64,000 nucleotides of DNA from an uncultured virus (IMG/VR IMGVR_UViG_3300028920_000028) (taxonomy: Duplodnaviria > Heunggongvirae > Uroviricota > Caudoviricetes): the IMG/VR virus record IMGVR_UViG_3300028920_000028, one strand, 5' to 3'. Shown one piece after another: positions 55,222-64,000 of the stretch; the first letter of the stretch is position 1; each line of letters opens with the position of its first letter. The notes beneath the pieces were generated by a model. The model was given only the letters and a program-made list of their open reading frames with translations, did no database searches and had not been told where the DNA came from. The translations under genes were made by a program, and so were the position numbers.

Positions 55222-57120
55222 TCACGTGAACACCGCCCTGACCTCAAGCAGCGTCCAGTCGCCGGTCAGGGTGTCGCTCCCGCTACCCGTGTTCCTCGTT
55301 ATCTCAAACTGCGCCACGCGCCCCGCCACCAAGTTCAAGGAGGACAGGGACAGCGTCTGGCTGTCGTATTGGAAGTTCTCGTTCGTGGGGAACGATATCG
55401 CCGTCAGATCCGTCCCCGCGCTCCACGACTCGACCGAGCCGTTGTCCGGCACCTCCCTCACGTAGAGGCGGGGCACGACATTCTGCGTGCTGCCCGGTGC
55501 CGTCTCCGCGCGCGACCTCAGCTGCAGGGACATCTGCGTCACCCCGGAGGGTATCTCGAGTATGAACCCGGCCCCCTCCTCGGTCGTGTCGTCGAACCTC
55601 CTGACCAGCAGAGCGGAGTTGTTGGAGTCCGCGTTCAGCGGGGCTATCCCGGTCACTCCCCAGTCCGAACTCGCGGGGGCGTCCGTCTGATCCGCGAATA
55701 TCTCGAACACCTTGCCGCCGGACACGCCCGTCGTGCCCTGGGTTCCCGTGGCGCCCCGCACTCCTGTGTGGCCCTGTATGCCCGTTGACCCGAACGGAAG
55801 CCACTCATCGCCGTTGTAGGCAAGGAACCCGCCCCCCGTGAACTGCAGGTCGCCGCCCGTCGGACTGTAGCCGTCCGGTATCGGGCCTATCTTGACATTC
55901 GCGGGGAGCAGGAGCGCGGCATCCTTGGTCAGCGCCCCCACAACCGTGTCGTCGTTCTTCAGAAGGTGCAGATAATGGCCCTGTTGCCCCGAGGCGCCGC
56001 GAAGGCCAAGCACCACGGCATCCGTGCGGTTCGGCCGCTCGTTGTCGATGAGGACGTTCTCGACGTCCCTCACCGCGAAATCGAGCGGGACGCCTTCGGC
56101 GTCGGTGCTCCTGTACCCCGACAGGATAATGGTGTGGTACGCGGTCAGCTGCATGGACAGCCCGAAGGCGTTCTGCAGTGCGTTCCACGGATCCCCGAAC
56201 TCCAGCCTTGCGGCCTCGCCAGTCGAGAACCCCGTGAACCCGAACCTCCTCGGAAACGATGTCGAGCTGCCGTCGGAGTCAAGAAGTATGTCGCCGTGCA
56301 CCGACAAAAGGCCCGTCACGGAGACAAGATTGTCATCGCTTCCTATCCTCAAAGCGTTGGTGGGTTCCCACTCCTGCCCCTCCTCATTCCAATGGAGTAT
56401 GTCGCCATCCTGTGCCGCACCCGTCAGCCCCGCCCCAAACCCGGTGGCCCCTTGGGATCCGGTCGATCCCGCCGATCCCGTCTCCCCGCGGATCCCCGTA
56501 GAACCCTGCAGGCCCGTGCTCCCTTGAAGCCCAGTAGCACCTTGCACACCCGTGTGTCCCTGCGCCCCGGTCGCACCCTGCAGTGCGGCTTCCCCGGGAA
56601 GCCCCGTGATGCCCTGCGCCCCGGTGTTGCCGATCTTCGACCCCGACGAGATGTCTATCCACGCCATGGACGTGACGCCCTCGTAGAAGTAGAAAATCTG
56701 CTCCGACTCGTGCCAGAACAGTTCCCTGTCCTTGGGGGACGCCGGGAATGGCGACTCGCCGCGGCCTATGTTCGCGTTGCCCGTCGCGCCCTGCAGGCCC
56801 GTCTCGCCCACCCCCGCAGGGCCCGTGTCTCCGGATAGCCCGGTGGCGCCTTTCACGGAAGCCGCCTCCGCCAAGAAGTCATCCACTTGGCCTTGCGGTA
56901 TGTCGCTCGTGCCGTCGTTCAGTATGAGCGTGGACGAACCCGACCCGTAGGCGTCGTCGGTGGCGAACGTGCGGAGGTCGGCCGATTGGTATGCGTGTTC
57001 GATGTTGCCGCGGTCGGACAGGGTTTCAGACCCCCCTGACGCGGGGATAAGTATGCCCATGTCGCGGATGAGTACGTCCGTTCCCTGGCTTCCGTTCGTC
57101 TTGATGATAAGCGTGCTCAT
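55222..57120 (-). CDS. collagen-like fibre protein
   Basis: GXTG blocks; C-terminal head paralogous to 50824-52770. Confidence 0.85.
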   Translation of the reverse strand: MSTLIIKTNGSQGTDVLIRDMGILIPASGGSETLSDRGNIEHAYQSADLRTFATDDAYGSGSSTLILNDGTSDIPQGQVDDFLAEAASVKGATGLSGDTGPAGVGETGLQGATGNANIGRGESPFPASPKDRELFWHESEQIFYFYEGVTSMAWIDISSGSKIGNTGAQGITGLPGEAALQGATGAQGHTGVQGATGLQGSTGLQGSTGIRGETGSAGSTGSQGATGFGAGLTGAAQDGDILHWNEEGQEWEPTNALRIGSDDNLVSVTGLLSVHGDILLDSDGSSTSFPRRFGFTGFSTGEAARLEFGDPWNALQNAFGLSMQLTAYHTIILSGYRSTDAEGVPLDFAVRDVENVLIDNERPNRTDAVVLGLRGASGQQGHYLHLLKNDDTVVGALTKDAALLLPANVKIGPIPDGYSPTGGDLQFTGGGFLAYNGDEWLPFGSTGIQGHTGVRGATGTQGTTGVSGGKVFEIFADQTDAPASSDWGVTGIAPLNADSNNSALLVRRFDDTTEEGAGFILEIPSGVTQMSLQLRSRAETAPGSTQNVVPRLYVREVPDNGSVESWSAGTDLTAISFPTNENFQYDSQTLSLSSLNLVAGRVAQFEITRNTGSGSDTLTGDWTLLEVRAVFT

Positions 57121-60020
57121 TAGAACTCCAGCACCACCGTTACGTTGACCTCGTCAAAGTCGGAGCCGCCGCTCCCGGCCGACCTCACCAACCTCACGCC
57201 CAACTCGCTCCCCGCAGTCACCGAACCGCTGAGGGCGGTCGTCGAGCCACCCTTGTTGTTGGAGGACAGTGTGTAGCTCGTCACGAGGGATGGGGTGCCC
57301 GACGGGCTCGTCACAACCTCGACATCGTAGTCGTTCGTTGTGTCGGCGGTGTTGACCTCTATCGTTATGGTCGTGACCGAGCAATTGACGGCTATGCGGT
57401 CGCCCGCGTCCGAACATTCCACATTTTCGCCGGTTCTCAAATATCTGGTGCCGGCTGACAACACCCCGAGGTTGTGCGTGTATCTATAGGTTATTCTGCG
57501 GCCATTCAGGCCTGTTATACCTTGCGGACCCGTGTATCCCTGTGGGCCGGTCTCGCCTTGGGAACCTGTCGACCCAGGCAGCCCCGTCGCCCCCCGCAAA
57601 CCCGTGACACCGTCGATGCCCTGCTCGCCCGTGTAACCCTGGAGACCCGTTTCCCCCTGTGCCCCGGTCGTGCCTTGGAGACCCGTCGTGCCCTGCGCGC
57701 CCGTCTCACCATCGACACCCTGCGCGCCCGTGGCACCTTGCGACCCCGTTTCCCCATCGACCCCGGCAGATCCCGTGTCCCCTTGAGATCCGGTCTCCCC
57801 CTGCAGGCCCGTGGCGCCGTCGATTCCCTGTGCACCTGTGGCGCCCTGCAGTCCCGTGGCCCCTTGGGTTCCGGTACTCCCGTCCACGCCTTGCGCGCCA
57901 GTCAAACCCGGAAGGCCCGTTTCCCCGTCGATGCCCTGTTCCCCGGTGGCCCCCTGCGCGCCTGTGCCGCCTTGAAGTCCCGTTGTCCCTTGGGTTCCGG
58001 TCTGGCCATCGAAACCTTGTGGCCCGGTTTCCCCTTGGACACCCGTTTCCCCCTGCAGTCCCGTCGTGCCGTCGACGCCCTGCGACCCGGTTTCGCCTTG
58101 GATCCCGGTGGCCCCTTGAAGGCCTGTCTCTCCCGACAGCCCTGTGTGCCCCTGCACCCCGGTGGCGCCGTCTGTTCCTGACGCCCCCGTTTCTCCGGCG
58201 GTGCCTTGCGCACCAGTCGGACCCGAAGTTCCCTCTGCGCCCGTATCTCCTTGAGCGCCAGTATCACCCCGGAGCCCTGTTTGCCCTTGAGCCCCGGTTT
58301 GCCCTTGAGCCCCGGTTTGCCCACGCACACCTGTGACCCCTTGGCTTCCGGTCGAGCCTTGGGATCCCGTGTGGCCCCGGATTCCCGTCTCGCCCTGCAG
58401 TCCGGTGCCCCCGCCCGGTATGCCTGTCACGCCCTGGGCCCCCGTCAGCCCGGGGGGGCCAGTGACATTAGTCGCCACCAAGGGATCCGTAGACGTGCCC
58501 AAGCCCGTGAGCCCGAATCCCGCGTTGACGGTCGTGAGGTAGCTCCCCGCCGGCGACCCGACCTGCAGGACGCGGTTTCCCGTCAGGGGCACCACATCCG
58601 TGATGAACCAATTGCCGCCTTGGTAGCGAATGACGATCTGCGCGATGAACACGAACTCGGGGGACAGCGACTCTATGTCCCCGAGATCGATGTCCTGCGG
58701 GGACAGCGCGAGCTCGGAGGCCAGCGTGCCGGTGCTCTGGCCCTGCACCCAGAGGTAGCGGTAGTCCTGGGACCCGCTGTCGGCCGAAACGGGCATCGCG
58801 ACGAGCCAGACGCTCGTGTAACCGGTAAAGAACCCGGCTGGCACAAGGGTCTGCTGCCACGATCCGCCCGTGAATTGGTTGTAGTACGGCTGGTTCCCGG
58901 AGAGCGGTACGATGTCCGACTGCGATGTCAAGAAGTTCGAACTGGCCCCGGTCCCGGAGACGTAGTGCTGCGTGTACTGGCCCGATGTCAGGGAGGCTAT
59001 CGTTGTCTTGAGATCCTCGTCGTAGGCGACCGTCGCCGCCACGTCCGGCCGCCTGTCGGCGGCGATAGTGCTGTTGAGCGCGTAGTTACTGAGGCCGCCC
59101 CCGGATTCCCTGTACGTGCCTATGGTCTCGTGAAACTCCTTGTGGGACTGCCACTGCATCAGTCCGTGGCACTCGCGCAGCCCGAAGCGGAACGTGCCGC
59201 CGGAGTCGTACGCGGCGTACGCTATCTGGACGCTGTCGAACGACCAAGGGCTTGAGGTCCATTGGAACCCGCTGTCGTCGTAGTAAAGGTAGTAGGTCGT
59301 CGTCGGGGACGGCGTCGGGATCGGGTCCGACACCCAGCCGTTCGTCAGCGCGGCGACCTTCTGACCCTTGTAGTACGCGTTCACGGTGCCCGTGAGGGTG
59401 ACAGTGCGCGCGGACGGGCTGTAGGTGACCGTCACGTTTTCGGGTTCGGTGAACCCGGAGGGCTCCGTGGTAATGTCGGCGCCGTGGTATGCCACCCACT
59501 CGCCGCCCGTGTAGCCGAGGTTCTGGCCCGCGATCGGATCCGGCACCGAAACGTCGGTGAGGCCGTCCAAGGGCACGATCGGGCCGGTCTCGCCTCCCGC
59601 GCCCGTCTCGCCGGCGGGGCCCGTCTCCCCAGGATCCCCGTCGGCCCCCTGCGCCCCCGTCACTCCCGGGAACCCCTCGATCCTCAAAAGGAGTTCGGTG
59701 GAACTGACAGCGACCCCCACGACCTGCGCAAAATAGGGCGGCGAGGGGGCGCTGGACGTAAGCTGCCCCGCGCTCGTCGGGGACACATAGTACTCCGCCC
59801 CCGGCGTCAGCCCCGACAGAGTGTCCACAAGGCCCGTGGTGGCGACGGAGAGGTCCTGGCTTGCGCTACCGTTCTCCAGGGCGATGCCTATGGCCGGCAG
59901 TGTCGCCTCGGAGTCGGCCTTGGCGAGGGCGACCGTGTCCGCGCTGTACAGGTACACGACCTCGCCGGCGACTATTGAACCGGTCGCAGCGTAGTTCCTG
60001 AATACATATTGAGTAGGCAT
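57120..60020 (-). CDS. collagen-like fibre protein with decoration-type N-domain
   Basis: AGEVVY...AIGIA...GLTPGAEYYVS N-domain; long GXTGXQ block. Confidence 0.85.
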   Translation of the reverse strand: MPTQYVFRNYAATGSIVAGEVVYLYSADTVALAKADSEATLPAIGIALENGSASQDLSVATTGLVDTLSGLTPGAEYYVSPTSAGQLTSSAPSPPYFAQVVGVAVSSTELLLRIEGFPGVTGAQGADGDPGETGPAGETGAGGETGPIVPLDGLTDVSVPDPIAGQNLGYTGGEWVAYHGADITTEPSGFTEPENVTVTYSPSARTVTLTGTVNAYYKGQKVAALTNGWVSDPIPTPSPTTTYYLYYDDSGFQWTSSPWSFDSVQIAYAAYDSGGTFRFGLRECHGLMQWQSHKEFHETIGTYRESGGGLSNYALNSTIAADRRPDVAATVAYDEDLKTTIASLTSGQYTQHYVSGTGASSNFLTSQSDIVPLSGNQPYYNQFTGGSWQQTLVPAGFFTGYTSVWLVAMPVSADSGSQDYRYLWVQGQSTGTLASELALSPQDIDLGDIESLSPEFVFIAQIVIRYQGGNWFITDVVPLTGNRVLQVGSPAGSYLTTVNAGFGLTGLGTSTDPLVATNVTGPPGLTGAQGVTGIPGGGTGLQGETGIRGHTGSQGSTGSQGVTGVRGQTGAQGQTGAQGQTGLRGDTGAQGDTGAEGTSGPTGAQGTAGETGASGTDGATGVQGHTGLSGETGLQGATGIQGETGSQGVDGTTGLQGETGVQGETGPQGFDGQTGTQGTTGLQGGTGAQGATGEQGIDGETGLPGLTGAQGVDGSTGTQGATGLQGATGAQGIDGATGLQGETGSQGDTGSAGVDGETGSQGATGAQGVDGETGAQGTTGLQGTTGAQGETGLQGYTGEQGIDGVTGLRGATGLPGSTGSQGETGPQGYTGPQGITGLNGRRITYRYTHNLGVLSAGTRYLRTGENVECSDAGDRIAVNCSVTTITIEVNTADTTNDYDVEVVTSPSGTPSLVTSYTLSSNNKGGSTTALSGSVTAGSELGVRLVRSAGSGGSDFDEVNVTVVLEF

Positions 60021-60035
60021 CTATACCCTCGCGCC

Positions 60036-64000
<3,965 letters not shown>

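Overview
GC-rich segment of what looks like a large (jumbo-type) tailed phage genome. No tRNA, rRNA, CRISPR array or integrase was seen. Positions 1-48.0 kb are a dense, almost entirely + strand run of early/accessory genes. Recognisable products are DUF3150, two sigma-70-type factors, NadD, a nicotinamidase, a WGR-PARP, a TARG1/DarG-type macrodomain, a dispersed vWA/PP2C/kinase (TerY-P-like) trio, an HD alarmone-hydrolase-like protein, phosphoesterases, an M42 peptidase, Hsp20, a radical SAM enzyme and HNH nucleases. Many genes follow a recurrent A-rich GTATATT promoter motif. Positions 48.0-64 kb are a convergent - strand virion module with collagen-like (G-X-T-G-X-Q) fibres, LamG proteins and a glycoside-hydrolase-like protein. 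The three most unusual signals are: (1) a small protein with a MoaD/ubiquitin-like C-terminus followed by four paralogues that share a Cys-containing C-terminal domain but have unrelated N-termini, at least one resembling a capsid-protein fragment (36.7-41.6 kb); (2) an AT-rich, integron-like array of two gene cassettes with attC-type hairpins and a possible attI (5.77-6.41 kb); (3) two tandem structured ncRNA candidates (19.65-19.93 kb). All family assignments come from motif recognition by eye; no searches were run.
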